Positions 9,665 through 20,625 of a stretch of DNA of 64,000 nt are shown here, piece by piece. Source of the stretch: Planctomycetota bacterium (GTDB taxonomy: Bacteria; Planctomycetota; UBA1135; UBA2386); contig JBKAGP010000001.1 of NCBI GenBank assembly GCA_046290465.1, positions 4,832,001 to 4,896,000 on the forward strand, read 5' to 3'. Numbering within the stretch: the stretch's first letter is position 1; each line of letters begins with the position of its first letter. The notes beneath the pieces are model-generated. The model did no database searches, was not told the origin of the DNA, and saw only the letters and a list, made by a program, of their open reading frames with translations. Both the position numbers and the translations under genes were made by a program.

Positions 9665-11208
9665 GCCTGCGCGCGCTGCTCGCCGCAGGGTTGGCGGTCC
9701 TGGTCGCGGCCGTCGCGTGGTGGTGCTCGCAGGTGCCGACCGCGGTGCCGCTGGCGTCCGGCTCGGAGCGGGGCGAGCAGCAGGTCGACGCAGCACTGGC
9801 GCGCGGCCGGCTCGATGCGGGGCGTGCCGAACGCTCGCTGCCTCACGACGCGGTCGAACGGCAGCTCGACGTGACGTGGTCGCTGCAGGTCAAGGTGGTG
9901 GACGCGCACGACGACGGCGTCGCGGGCGCGCGGGTCGAGGTCCGTTCGCAGCGCGGTGGCGAGGTCCGCTGCGAGGGGGTGTGCGACGAGACCGGCGCGG
10001 CCCGAATCGACGTGCAGGGCGACGCGGTGTGGGTGCGCTCGCGCGATGCCGACGTCGGCGCGAGCCTGGAGCGGTCGGTCGGGCGCACCGGTCGCAGCTG
10101 CACGCTGGCGCTGCGACGGCCGGTGCGCATGCACGGCTACGCCTTCGGGGTCGACGGCCAGCCGCTGGTCGATGCGCGCGTCGCGATCCGCACCGGCGAG
10201 GAGGGCATCGTCGCGCAGTTCCTCGGTGGCGACGAGCACGTGCCGGCGGTCCCGGCGACGATGCGCACCGATGCCGCGGGTGGTTTTGCGTTCGAGGTCG
10301 CCGCCGGCTGGTCCGGGGTCGCGCGCGTCGAGATCGACTCGGCGGATGGCTGGCCGGACACCGGCACCGTCGCGTTCACGGCGCGTGAGGGGGGCGAGGT
10401 GCTGGTCGGCCTGCCGGGTGCCTTCGTCGTGCGCGGCGTCATCGTCGACGGTCGCGGCGAGGTCGTCGAGGCGGTCGTCGAGGTGCACGCCGTCGACGGC
10501 AGGCAGGTGCTCGGTGACTACCGCAGGGCCGGACGCGACTTCCAGATCGGCATCGCGCCGGGGAAGCGGATCCGGCTCGTGGCGCGCGCCGACCAGGGAG
10601 AGGGCTACGCCGACGTGGTTGCGACGCGCAGCGACCCGCAGCCGCGGGTCGTGATCCGGCTCGGCGAGGGCCGTGCGACCGAACCGCCGTTCCGAGCGAT
10701 CCCCGACGGCGGCGTCGACGTCGTCGCGACCCTGCCCGACGGCAGCGCGCCGCCGGCGTTGCGCCACCGCTGGGTCGACGTCACGTTCGAGCGTTCGCTC
10801 GGGGACCTGCACCGGGTGGAGGGCGGCAGCTTCCACCTCGGCCATGCGCCGAAGCCGCCGGCGCGGCTGTGGGTCAAGTCGCGCGCCGGCGAGGTCGCGA
10901 CCTGGGTGGTCCCGGCCGGTCCGTTGCCTCGGCGCGTCGAGCTGCGTCTGCAGAAGCCGGTCGACGTCGAGATCTCGGTGCTGCACCGCGGCCGGCCGGC
11001 GCGCGGCCTCGACGTCACGCTGTTGGCCTGCGGCACGCGCGAGACCTTTGCGTTGGGGCCGAGCGGCGTCGCGACGTTCACGTGGATCTGCCCCGGCCCG
11101 GCCAAGGCGGTCGTGACGCGCGGCTGGGAGGTCGTCGGCGAGCAGCAGCTGTTCCTCGCCGCCAGCGGCAGCAACCGGGCGACCGTGCACGTCGACCTGT
11201 CGCGCTGA
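9661..11208 (+). CDS. Paralogous carboxypeptidase regulatory-like domain protein
   Basis: GTG start at 9661 overlaps the previous stop (GTGA); shares DVGASL and HRGRPARGLDV motifs with the upstream gene. Confidence 0.65.
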   Translation: MSLRALLAAGLAVLVAAVAWWCSQVPTAVPLASGSERGEQQVDAALARGRLDAGRAERSLPHDAVERQLDVTWSLQVKVVDAHDDGVAGARVEVRSQRGGEVRCEGVCDETGAARIDVQGDAVWVRSRDADVGASLERSVGRTGRSCTLALRRPVRMHGYAFGVDGQPLVDARVAIRTGEEGIVAQFLGGDEHVPAVPATMRTDAAGGFAFEVAAGWSGVARVEIDSADGWPDTGTVAFTAREGGEVLVGLPGAFVVRGVIVDGRGEVVEAVVEVHAVDGRQVLGDYRRAGRDFQIGIAPGKRIRLVARADQGEGYADVVATRSDPQPRVVIRLGEGRATEPPFRAIPDGGVDVVATLPDGSAPPALRHRWVDVTFERSLGDLHRVEGGSFHLGHAPKPPARLWVKSRAGEVATWVVPAGPLPRRVELRLQKPVDVEISVLHRGRPARGLDVTLLACGTRETFALGPSGVATFTWICPGPAKAVVTRGWEVVGEQQLFLAASGSNRATVHVDLSR

Positions 11209-11326
11209 ACGGCGGCCGTTCGGCGCAGCGTGTGGGCACCGTCGGCTGTCGCGATTCCGGACGCATCGGTCTGGCGGGATGCCTGGACCTGTCCGGATCC
11301 CTGACGCAGGGTGCCGCCGAACGGCA

Positions 11327-11341
11327 TGGCACGGGACTTGG
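11327..11341 (+). promoter_or_regulatory. Putative sigma54 (-24/-12) promoter
   Basis: TGGCAC-GGGAC-TTGG versus consensus TGGCAC-N5-TTGC, about 35 bp upstream of ATG 11377. Confidence 0.55.
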
Positions 11342-11376
11342 GAGGGCGGGCCTGGCCACGGGCCCCTGTTTCCAAG

Positions 11377-12870
<1,494 letters not shown>

Positions 12871-12924
12871 TCGATCGGCGCCGCACTCGCCCGCGGCGCG
12901 TCGCGGCTTCGGTCGCGTGCATCC

Positions 12925-15198
12925 ATGGACCACTTGCTCATGATCCTGGCCGTGCTCGCCACCGGCCTGGTGTTGACCGCGCTGGTGCGTCGGCGCGCTG
13001 CGGCGCGTGCCGACGTTCGCAGCCTCGACGACCGTTCGTTGGCGGTCGAGCGGGGCAGCCACCGTGCCCGCCTGCAGCACCCGAGCGTCGACCTCGCCAA
13101 CTGCATCGGCTGCGGGGCCTGCGTGCGTGCCTGCCCCGAAGAAGGCGTGTTGCAGATGGCCTACGGCCAGGCGGTGGTCGTGCACGGTGCCCGTTGCGTC
13201 GGCCACGGCCTCTGTGCGGAGGCCTGTCCGACCTCGGCGATCGCGCTGACGCTCGGCGATCTGTCGTCGCGCCGCGATCTGCCGGCGGTCGACGAACGCA
13301 ACCAGGCCATCGGTGTCGACGGGCTGTTCCTCGCCGGTGAGATCACCGGCTTCGCTCTGGTGCGGACCGCGGTGGCACACGGTGCCGCCGTGGCGGCAGC
13401 GGTGCGCGAACGCGTCGATGCGGACGCTTGCGACGACGACCTCGCCGACCTGGTCGTGCTCGGCGCGGGCCCGGCGGGGCTTTCGTGCCTACTCGCCGCC
13501 AAGGAACTCGGCCTGCACGCGGTCGGCCTCGACCAGGCGGACGAGATCGGCGGAACCGTCGCCGCCTATCCGCGGCGCAAGCTCGTAATGACGCAGCCGA
13601 TGCGTTTGCCGCTGCACGGCCGACTCGATCGACTCGAGTACACGCGGGAACAACTGGTCGAACTGTGGCAGCAGCTCGCGCGGAACCACGACCTGGACGT
13701 GCGGCTGCGTACGACCGTGCAGCGCATCGAGCGGGCGGCCGACGGCTGCTTCGACGTCGTCACCGACGCCGGTCGCCACCGCGCACGCAACGTCTGCCTG
13801 GCGGTCGGCCGACGCGGTACGCCGCGCCGCCTCGCGGTGCCCGGGGAGGAACTGGACAAGGTGGCCTACGCGCTACTGGATGCCGCGAGTTATCGCGATC
13901 GGAACATTCTGGTCGTCGGCGGTGGCGACAGCGCGGTCGAGGCAGCGCTGGCGCTGGCCGAACAACCCGGTAACGAGGTGGTGCTGAGCTACCGCCGCGA
14001 ACACTTCTCGCGCCTGAAGGCGAAGAACGAGCGGCGCATCCTGGCCGCGTTCGAGGACGGGTTGGTGGTCCCACGTCTCGGTACGGCGGTGACCGAGATC
14101 ACGCCGGCCGGCGTCGCCCTGCGCGCCTTCGGTGCGGCGCAGAGTTCCGATGCCCAAGCCGTCGCGACGGTCGCGACCGAGCGGCTGGCCAACGACCATG
14201 TGTTCGTGTTCGCCGGCGGCACACCGCCGTTCCCGATGCTGGAATCGGCTGGCGTCTCGTTCGACGCCAGCCTGCTACGGGAGCGTGAGGCGCGCGTCGA
14301 CCGCGGCGCCGGCCTGCTGGTATCGCTCACGTTCACGCTGGCCGGTCTGCTCGCACTGGTCGCCGTGCGACTCTGCTTCGCCGTCTACTACGATCTTGAG
14401 GTCGCTTGGCGTCCATCGGCGGAACTGCACCCGCTGTTGCGACCGCAGGGCGCGCTCGGCCTCGCTTGTGGCGCAGCAGCGGTGCTGCTGTTCCTGGCCA
14501 ACGTCTGCTACCTGGTGCGTCGCTCGGCGCGCATCGGGCGCAGGTTGCCCGGCACGTTGCGCAGCTGGATGAACGCGCACGTCGCGACCGGCATCGGTGC
14601 CTTCCTGTGCGCGATCGTGCACAGCGCGTACTCGCTCCGGGACAGCGCCGGTGGTCACGCGCTGCTGGCGATGGGCGTCGTCGTGGGCGCCGGCATCGTC
14701 GGGCGCTGGTTCTACGCGTTCGTCCCGCGGGCGCAGAACGGTCGACAGCAGCGCATCGAAGAACTGTCGCAGCGGGTCGCCGCGATCGCGACGGAGTGGG
14801 ACCGCGATGGACGTGGCATGGGCGTTCAGGCTCGTCGCATGGTCGAAGAACTGGTGGACCGCGCCGAGATCGGCCAGACCCTGCCCGGCCGCATCTGGGG
14901 GCTCGTGCGTAGCCAGTGGCAGCTTCGTCGTCGACTCGAACGATTTGCGGCAGCGGCACGCACCCAGGGGGTGCCCACGCACGACATCGCCCGGATGGTG
15001 CGGCTGTCGCGGCGTTCGTTCCGTCTGGCACTGCAGCTTGCCCACTACGACGACCTGCGGGCCCTGCTGTCGACGTGGCGTTGGCTGCACCGCTGGCTGG
15101 CGCTGCTGTTGGCTGCGCTACTGGTCGTACACGTCGTCTCCGCCGTCCGCTACGGCGGTATCGAGTGGCCGACACCCGGAGCGGAGGGTGGTCGATGA
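12925..15198 (+). CDS. Membrane-bound ferredoxin / FAD-NAD(P)H oxidoreductase fused to a His-containing (cytochrome b-like) membrane domain
   Basis: N-terminal TM; CIGCGACVRACP and CVGHGLCAEACP; GLFLAGEITG, GAGPAG, VGRRGTPRRL.VPGE, VVGGGDSAVE, SYRRE; C-terminal helices with WMNAH, IVHSAY, WRWLHRW, LVVHV. Confidence 0.85.
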   Translation: MDHLLMILAVLATGLVLTALVRRRAAARADVRSLDDRSLAVERGSHRARLQHPSVDLANCIGCGACVRACPEEGVLQMAYGQAVVVHGARCVGHGLCAEACPTSAIALTLGDLSSRRDLPAVDERNQAIGVDGLFLAGEITGFALVRTAVAHGAAVAAAVRERVDADACDDDLADLVVLGAGPAGLSCLLAAKELGLHAVGLDQADEIGGTVAAYPRRKLVMTQPMRLPLHGRLDRLEYTREQLVELWQQLARNHDLDVRLRTTVQRIERAADGCFDVVTDAGRHRARNVCLAVGRRGTPRRLAVPGEELDKVAYALLDAASYRDRNILVVGGGDSAVEAALALAEQPGNEVVLSYRREHFSRLKAKNERRILAAFEDGLVVPRLGTAVTEITPAGVALRAFGAAQSSDAQAVATVATERLANDHVFVFAGGTPPFPMLESAGVSFDASLLREREARVDRGAGLLVSLTFTLAGLLALVAVRLCFAVYYDLEVAWRPSAELHPLLRPQGALGLACGAAAVLLFLANVCYLVRRSARIGRRLPGTLRSWMNAHVATGIGAFLCAIVHSAYSLRDSAGGHALLAMGVVVGAGIVGRWFYAFVPRAQNGRQQRIEELSQRVAAIATEWDRDGRGMGVQARRMVEELVDRAEIGQTLPGRIWGLVRSQWQLRRRLERFAAAARTQGVPTHDIARMVRLSRRSFRLALQLAHYDDLRALLSTWRWLHRWLALLLAALLVVHVVSAVRYGGIEWPTPGAEGGR

Positions 15199-17165
15199 AG
15201 CTCTGGCGTTGGCTGTTGCCAGCCTTGTCGTTGGCTGCCGTGGTCGTCTTCACCTGGTGGGACGTCTCACGGGTGCAGGCCGGTCCGGGACCTCTGCATC
15301 CGGTCCACGCGATGGCGAGCGGGCTCGACCGTGGTGCCAACTGCGCGGGCTGTCACGAGCGCGGTGCGGTGGCCGCCAGCGGTTGCATCGCATGCCACCA
15401 ACCGATCGGCAACCAGCTGAGCACGCATCGCGGCGTTCACGGATCGTTGCCGGCCGCCGCTGCGCGAGCCTGCGGGACCTGCCATTCCGATCACCACGGC
15501 GACCAGCGCCCCCTGCTGCCGACGGTCGCGTTCGTTCGCGCGGGGATCGAGCACGTCGAGGCCTACCGGCACGAACACAATGCGTTCGGGTTGGAAGGTG
15601 TGCACGAGACGCTGGCCTGCGAAGCCTGCCATCCACACGCGCGCGACGAGCATCCGCCCGCCGGTGGACGGTTCCTCGGCAAGTCGCAGCGTTGTGCCTC
15701 CTGCCACAAGGACCCTCACCGAGGTGCGTTCGGTGGCGACTGCGCCGTCTGCCACGTACAGCAGCCAGGCTGGCAGCCGGCGGCGCGCCTACGCCACGAA
15801 CGGTTCGCCTTGGAGCACGGCCACGCAGCCGTCGCCTGCACGGACTGCCACGACGCGGGCGGCGAGCGTTCCGTCTCGCAAGAACTCCAGTCGCAACTGC
15901 CGGTGCGCGTGTGTGCCGACTGCCATGCCAACCCACACGGGACCACGGCGGTTGCGGTTGCGGATCCGTCGGATTGCGCCCGGTGCCACTCGAGCGCGTC
16001 GTTCGGCGGCGTGCTGGCCGCGCCTGATGCGCACGCGGCCCTCGGTCACGAACTGCACGGTGTACACCGCGACGTGTCCTGTCGTTCGTGTCATGGAGAA
16101 CCGGGTGGGCGACCGTCCTGGGGGGCGGGATCCGCACCGACGCCGGCCGACTGTGCGGGCTGCCACGAAGCGCCGCACGATGCGGCGCTGCTGCGCGCGG
16201 CCGACGCGGTCGAGGGAGCCAACGGTTGCGCCGACTGCCACCTCGACTCCGACGCCGGCTTCGAGAGCGGTCGCATCACTCCATCGCTGCATGCGGCCAC
16301 TGGGTTTGCGCTGGCGGCGCCACACGACGAGGTCGCGTGCAGCACGTGCCATGTCGGCGCGACGCGGTCGCTCCGCTTCCCCGACAGACAACCGGGCGAC
16401 TGTCGCGTCTGCCACCCGGGGCCGCACGGAGCGCAGTTCGTGGATGGTGGATCGATGCGGGCCTGCACCGTCTGCCATGCGCGCGACCGCTGGCAGCCGC
16501 ACCACTTCGACGCCAACGCGCATGCGGCCACGTTCCCGCTGACAGGCGCGCACGACGCGGTCGCCTGCACGCTGTGCCACCAACGGGACGACGCTGGCGT
16601 GCGCAGGTTCGTCGGCACGCCGGATGCGTGCGCACACTGTCACGAGGATGTGCACACTGGGCGTTTCGATGCGGAGGGCCTGCCGCGCGAGGTCGACGGC
16701 CGGGACGGTTGCGCCCGTTGCCACGACCCCCGGGGCTTCCGGCAGCTGCGCACGCGGTTCGAGCACGGGCCATGGACGGGTCATCGGCTCGAGGGGGCGC
16801 ACGCGGAGGTTGCGTGCAGTGCCTGCCACGCACGTAGACCTGCGGGCGGCCTTGGCGCCGCTCCGGGCAAGCGTTGCAGCGACTGCCACGACGATGTGCA
16901 CCGCGGCCAGTTCGCCGTTGGCAAGGAGGCGCGGCGGGCGACCGACTGTCGGCGCTGCCACCAGCCGACCAGCTGGCCGGAGATCCGCTTCGACCACGGT
17001 CGCGACAGCCGCTTCCGGCTCGACGCGACCCACCGCCAGCTAGCGTGCTCCAGGTGCCACGTGCCGCGGCAACAGCGCGATGGCAGCACGTTCGTGCGCT
17101 ACCGACCGCTCGGACGCGAATGCGCCGACTGCCATCACTTCGGCGGCAAGGAGTCTGGGCGATGA
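15195..17165 (+). CDS. Multiheme cytochrome c, 23 CxxCH motifs, N-terminal signal/anchor
   Basis: Start MKLWRW at ATG 15195 (ATGA overlap); 23 CxxCH counted by hand; repeated H..F.L.G.H..V.CxxCH modules. Confidence 0.95.
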   Translation: MKLWRWLLPALSLAAVVVFTWWDVSRVQAGPGPLHPVHAMASGLDRGANCAGCHERGAVAASGCIACHQPIGNQLSTHRGVHGSLPAAAARACGTCHSDHHGDQRPLLPTVAFVRAGIEHVEAYRHEHNAFGLEGVHETLACEACHPHARDEHPPAGGRFLGKSQRCASCHKDPHRGAFGGDCAVCHVQQPGWQPAARLRHERFALEHGHAAVACTDCHDAGGERSVSQELQSQLPVRVCADCHANPHGTTAVAVADPSDCARCHSSASFGGVLAAPDAHAALGHELHGVHRDVSCRSCHGEPGGRPSWGAGSAPTPADCAGCHEAPHDAALLRAADAVEGANGCADCHLDSDAGFESGRITPSLHAATGFALAAPHDEVACSTCHVGATRSLRFPDRQPGDCRVCHPGPHGAQFVDGGSMRACTVCHARDRWQPHHFDANAHAATFPLTGAHDAVACTLCHQRDDAGVRRFVGTPDACAHCHEDVHTGRFDAEGLPREVDGRDGCARCHDPRGFRQLRTRFEHGPWTGHRLEGAHAEVACSACHARRPAGGLGAAPGKRCSDCHDDVHRGQFAVGKEARRATDCRRCHQPTSWPEIRFDHGRDSRFRLDATHRQLACSRCHVPRQQRDGSTFVRYRPLGRECADCHHFGGKESGR

Positions 17166-18811
17166 GTCTGGGTGCCTTGCCGCGTGCGTGCATCGTCTGG
17201 TCGCTCGCCGTGGTCGGCGCACTCTCGCAGGAACAGGTGTCGACGCGGGTGGTCGCGGTGCGGGTCGTCAGCGCGACCGCAGACAGCGTCTACCTCGACC
17301 ACGGCCGCGATGTCGGAATCGCGATCGGTGACCGGGTGCTGCTGTTTCCGCCTGGCGGCGGCGACGTGGAGGTCGTCGTGCGTTCGGTCACGCACTCTTC
17401 GGCTCGCTGCGAACCGGCGCCTGGAGTCCCTGTTGCGCCCGTCGGAACGACCGGTGAAGCGGTCGTTCCGAAGACCGCGCCTCGCCAGGATCGCGGGACG
17501 CAGGCTCCGCAGCACGCGCCGTGGGAACGGCCGGTCGCGCCGCGTAGCGCGGACCAGCCGCTGCTCGTGCCGACGTTCGGCCGTCGTCCCGAGGACCGCG
17601 CGACCGAGGTTCGCGGCCGCCTGTTCGGGTTGGCACAGGCCAATCGGGATCGTCAAGGTGGCGACAGCGACTACCTGCTGCTGCGGACCGGGCTGCGGGC
17701 GACCACGGAGAACCTGTTAGGTGCGGCCGACGTCGTGCAGCTCGCCGGCGAGTGGAGCCTGCGTGACGTGTCGATCGAAGGGCGCGAAGGGCAGACCGAC
17801 CAGACTGGCCGGCTCGACCTGGCGTCGGTGTCGCTGGGCACCGAGGACTACGCGCCGGTCGGCTTGCAGGTCGGGCGGTTCCTGTCGCGGCACCTGCCCG
17901 AGATCGGGCTCGTCGACGGCGCCGAGGTCGTGCTGCGCTACGAGGGTGGGCTGCGGGTCGGGGGCGGCGTCGGTGCCTATCCGCGTCCGTATCCGGCGCG
18001 CAATGGGGGCGACGACGTCGGGGTGCATGCGTTCGTCGACTACGTGGCCGACGAGGCGCGTACGTTTGCGGTGGCGCTCGGCGTACAGAAGACCTGGCAT
18101 CGCGGCCGCGCCGATCGTGACCTGGTGGTCGCGCGCGCAGAATGGCGGCCGTCGCGGCGCTGGACGGTGCTCACCAACGCCAGGGTCGACCTCTACACGG
18201 GTGACGAAGCGATCGTGACGTCGAAGGCGGAGCTGACCGAGCTGCTGGCGCAGGTTCAGTGGCGCGGGGATGTCGTCGGGGCGTCGGTGGTCGGCTCGCA
18301 CTTCTCGTGGCCAGAACTGCTGCGTGCCGAGTACCAACTGTTGTCCGCCGAGCTGGTTCGGGACGGCGCGGTCGATCGCGTCGCGCTACGCGGTTGGTGG
18401 CGTCCGGCGGACTGGTGCACTCTTCGGCTGCGCGCCGATCGCTTCGAGGACCAGGCGCGCGACGGCACGTCGGCGCGCGCCGACGCGGAACTGCGCGGCC
18501 TGCTCGGAGAGCGCTCATCGTTGGCGATGGCGGCGTTCCAGAGCGATGGTGGCTACACGTCGGGGCCCGGCGCTTCGGCGATGCTGCGCGAGCAGTTCGC
18601 GGGAGCGCGGCTGCGGCTCGGCTACCGCTGGCATCGCTACTCACTCGACTCGCTCGTGACCGGCCCAGAGACCCGGGTCCGTGAGTCGCTGCAGTTCGGT
18701 TGTTCGTGGCAGCTGTCGGACCGGTGCGACGTCGACGTGCAGGTCGAGCGCTGGTTCGGCGATGGCCAGGACGCGTTCTCGGCCGGCTTGTTCGTGCAAT
18801 GGAGGCTGTGA
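17162..18811 (+). CDS. Probable outer-membrane beta-barrel (porin) with an N-terminal soluble domain
   Basis: Start MSLGAL at ATG 17162 (ATGA overlap); signal peptide; long run of amphipathic beta-strand-like segments; ends FSAGLFVQWRL; lies between two multiheme cytochrome genes. Confidence 0.7.
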   Translation: MSLGALPRACIVWSLAVVGALSQEQVSTRVVAVRVVSATADSVYLDHGRDVGIAIGDRVLLFPPGGGDVEVVVRSVTHSSARCEPAPGVPVAPVGTTGEAVVPKTAPRQDRGTQAPQHAPWERPVAPRSADQPLLVPTFGRRPEDRATEVRGRLFGLAQANRDRQGGDSDYLLLRTGLRATTENLLGAADVVQLAGEWSLRDVSIEGREGQTDQTGRLDLASVSLGTEDYAPVGLQVGRFLSRHLPEIGLVDGAEVVLRYEGGLRVGGGVGAYPRPYPARNGGDDVGVHAFVDYVADEARTFAVALGVQKTWHRGRADRDLVVARAEWRPSRRWTVLTNARVDLYTGDEAIVTSKAELTELLAQVQWRGDVVGASVVGSHFSWPELLRAEYQLLSAELVRDGAVDRVALRGWWRPADWCTLRLRADRFEDQARDGTSARADAELRGLLGERSSLAMAAFQSDGGYTSGPGASAMLREQFAGARLRLGYRWHRYSLDSLVTGPETRVRESLQFGCSWQLSDRCDVDVQVERWFGDGQDAFSAGLFVQWRL

Positions 18812-20532
18812 TGGGTTCCCGTTCGATCGCCACTACGTGTCTGCGTCGTGAATACATCTGCCTGTGGATCTGGTTGCTCGTGGTTGCTTGTGTCAACCTG
18901 GTGCCGCGGCAGGGATGGGACCCCGCGCGAGGCCCGGTCGTGCCGCACGATACGTTTCCGGCAGACTGCGCGCTGTGTCACGAAGGCGGCGACTGGAGCG
19001 TCGTGCGGGCGGACTTCGAGTTCGACCACGAGCGTGAGACCGGCCATGCGCTCGAGGGGGCGCATGCCGACGCCTCGTGCCTGATGTGTCACAACGACCG
19101 GGGCCCGGTGGCGATGTATGCGGCACGTGGTTGCGGCGGCTGCCATGCGGACGTTCACCAGCGGCGCCTCGGCAGCGATTGCAGCACGTGTCACGATCAG
19201 CAGACGTGGCTGCCGCGCGAACAGATCGCCAAGCACGACATGACGCGCTTCCCACTCGTCGGTGCCCACGCCTCGGCTGCGTGCTTCCGGTGCCACCCCG
19301 GAGCGCAGGTCGGCAACTTCGCCGGGACACCGGTCGAGTGCGCGGTCTGCCACGCGCAGGACTACGCGGCGACGACGGCGCCGAACCACGCGCAGGTCGG
19401 CTACGCGCAGGACTGCGAGATGTGCCACCTCGAGACGGGTTGGCAACCCGCGCGCTTCGACCATCCGGGGTCGTTTCCACTCGAACGCGGCCACTTCGGT
19501 CTGGCGTGCGCCGAGTGCCACGAGACCCCAGGTGTGTTCGCGGGGCTATCGACCGATTGCGGCAGCTGCCACGACGACGATCACCAGGCGGTGACCGATC
19601 CGAGCCACCTGGCGGCGGGCTTCGGCCTCGACTGCGAGCAGTGCCACGACACGCGGCTGTGGTCGCGCGTGACCTGGACCCATCCGACCGGGTTCGAACT
19701 GACGTTCGGCCACGCTGGTCGTCGCTGCAGCCAGTGCCACGTCGGCCAGAGCTACGTCGGCACCGGCACCGAATGCGTGTCGTGCCACTTGCCGATCTAC
19801 GAGGCGACGCAGAATCCCAGCCATGTGACGGCCGGGTTCGGGCAGGACTGTGAGAGTTGCCACAACACTGCGATCTGGCAGGGCGCGACGGTCGACCACC
19901 CGGCGAGCTTCCCGCTCGAGAACGCGCATCGCCAGGCGTGTGCGACCTGTCACCAGGTGGTCGGCACGTATGCCGGGCTGGATCCATCCTGTGCGTCGTG
20001 CCACCTGCCCGACTTCCAGACCGCGATCGAACCCAACCACGTCACCGCGGGATTCGGGACAGACTGTCAGACCTGCCATGGTACGACCGCCTGGCAGGGG
20101 GCAACGTTCGTGCACCCGGCGTCGTTCCCGCTGCAGAATGCACACCAGGTTGCCTGCGCGGCCTGCCACCAGAACGGGGTCTACCAGGGGCTCGACCCGT
20201 CGTGTGTCGCCTGCCACATGCCGAACTACCAGGCAACCAACGACCCACCGCACGGCGCGTTCCAGCTCAGCACGCAGTGCGAGCAGTGCCATGCAACGCT
20301 GACCTGGGGCACGGCGCCGGGGTGGCAGCACGCGTTCCCGATCACTTCGGGAGACCACGCCGGAATGACGTGCTTCGACTGCCACACCAATCCGGCCAAT
20401 CGCACCGCGTTCTCGTGCATCGCCTGCCACGAACACAACCAGCAGGAGATGGCGGACGAGCACGACCGCGTGTCTGGCTACCTTTGGGTGTCGGCATCGT
20501 GCTACGGCTGCCATCCGAGCGGGCAGAAGTAG
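18811..20532 (+). CDS. Multiheme cytochrome c lipoprotein, 22 CxxCH motifs
   Basis: Start at ATG 18811 (TGATG overlap); lipobox-like LLVVAC; 22 CxxCH counted by hand; repeated three-heme modules (HPASFPL.NAH...C..CH). Confidence 0.95.
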   Translation: MGSRSIATTCLRREYICLWIWLLVVACVNLVPRQGWDPARGPVVPHDTFPADCALCHEGGDWSVVRADFEFDHERETGHALEGAHADASCLMCHNDRGPVAMYAARGCGGCHADVHQRRLGSDCSTCHDQQTWLPREQIAKHDMTRFPLVGAHASAACFRCHPGAQVGNFAGTPVECAVCHAQDYAATTAPNHAQVGYAQDCEMCHLETGWQPARFDHPGSFPLERGHFGLACAECHETPGVFAGLSTDCGSCHDDDHQAVTDPSHLAAGFGLDCEQCHDTRLWSRVTWTHPTGFELTFGHAGRRCSQCHVGQSYVGTGTECVSCHLPIYEATQNPSHVTAGFGQDCESCHNTAIWQGATVDHPASFPLENAHRQACATCHQVVGTYAGLDPSCASCHLPDFQTAIEPNHVTAGFGTDCQTCHGTTAWQGATFVHPASFPLQNAHQVACAACHQNGVYQGLDPSCVACHMPNYQATNDPPHGAFQLSTQCEQCHATLTWGTAPGWQHAFPITSGDHAGMTCFDCHTNPANRTAFSCIACHEHNQQEMADEHDRVSGYLWVSASCYGCHPSGQK

Positions 20533-20625
20533 CTAGGGACGGCGTGGCGATGGGAGTCTGCGCGATCGGGGCGATGGGGTAGCATTTGTGCGCGCGTGTC
20601 TAGCCGGCGCTGCGACCAACGCCCC

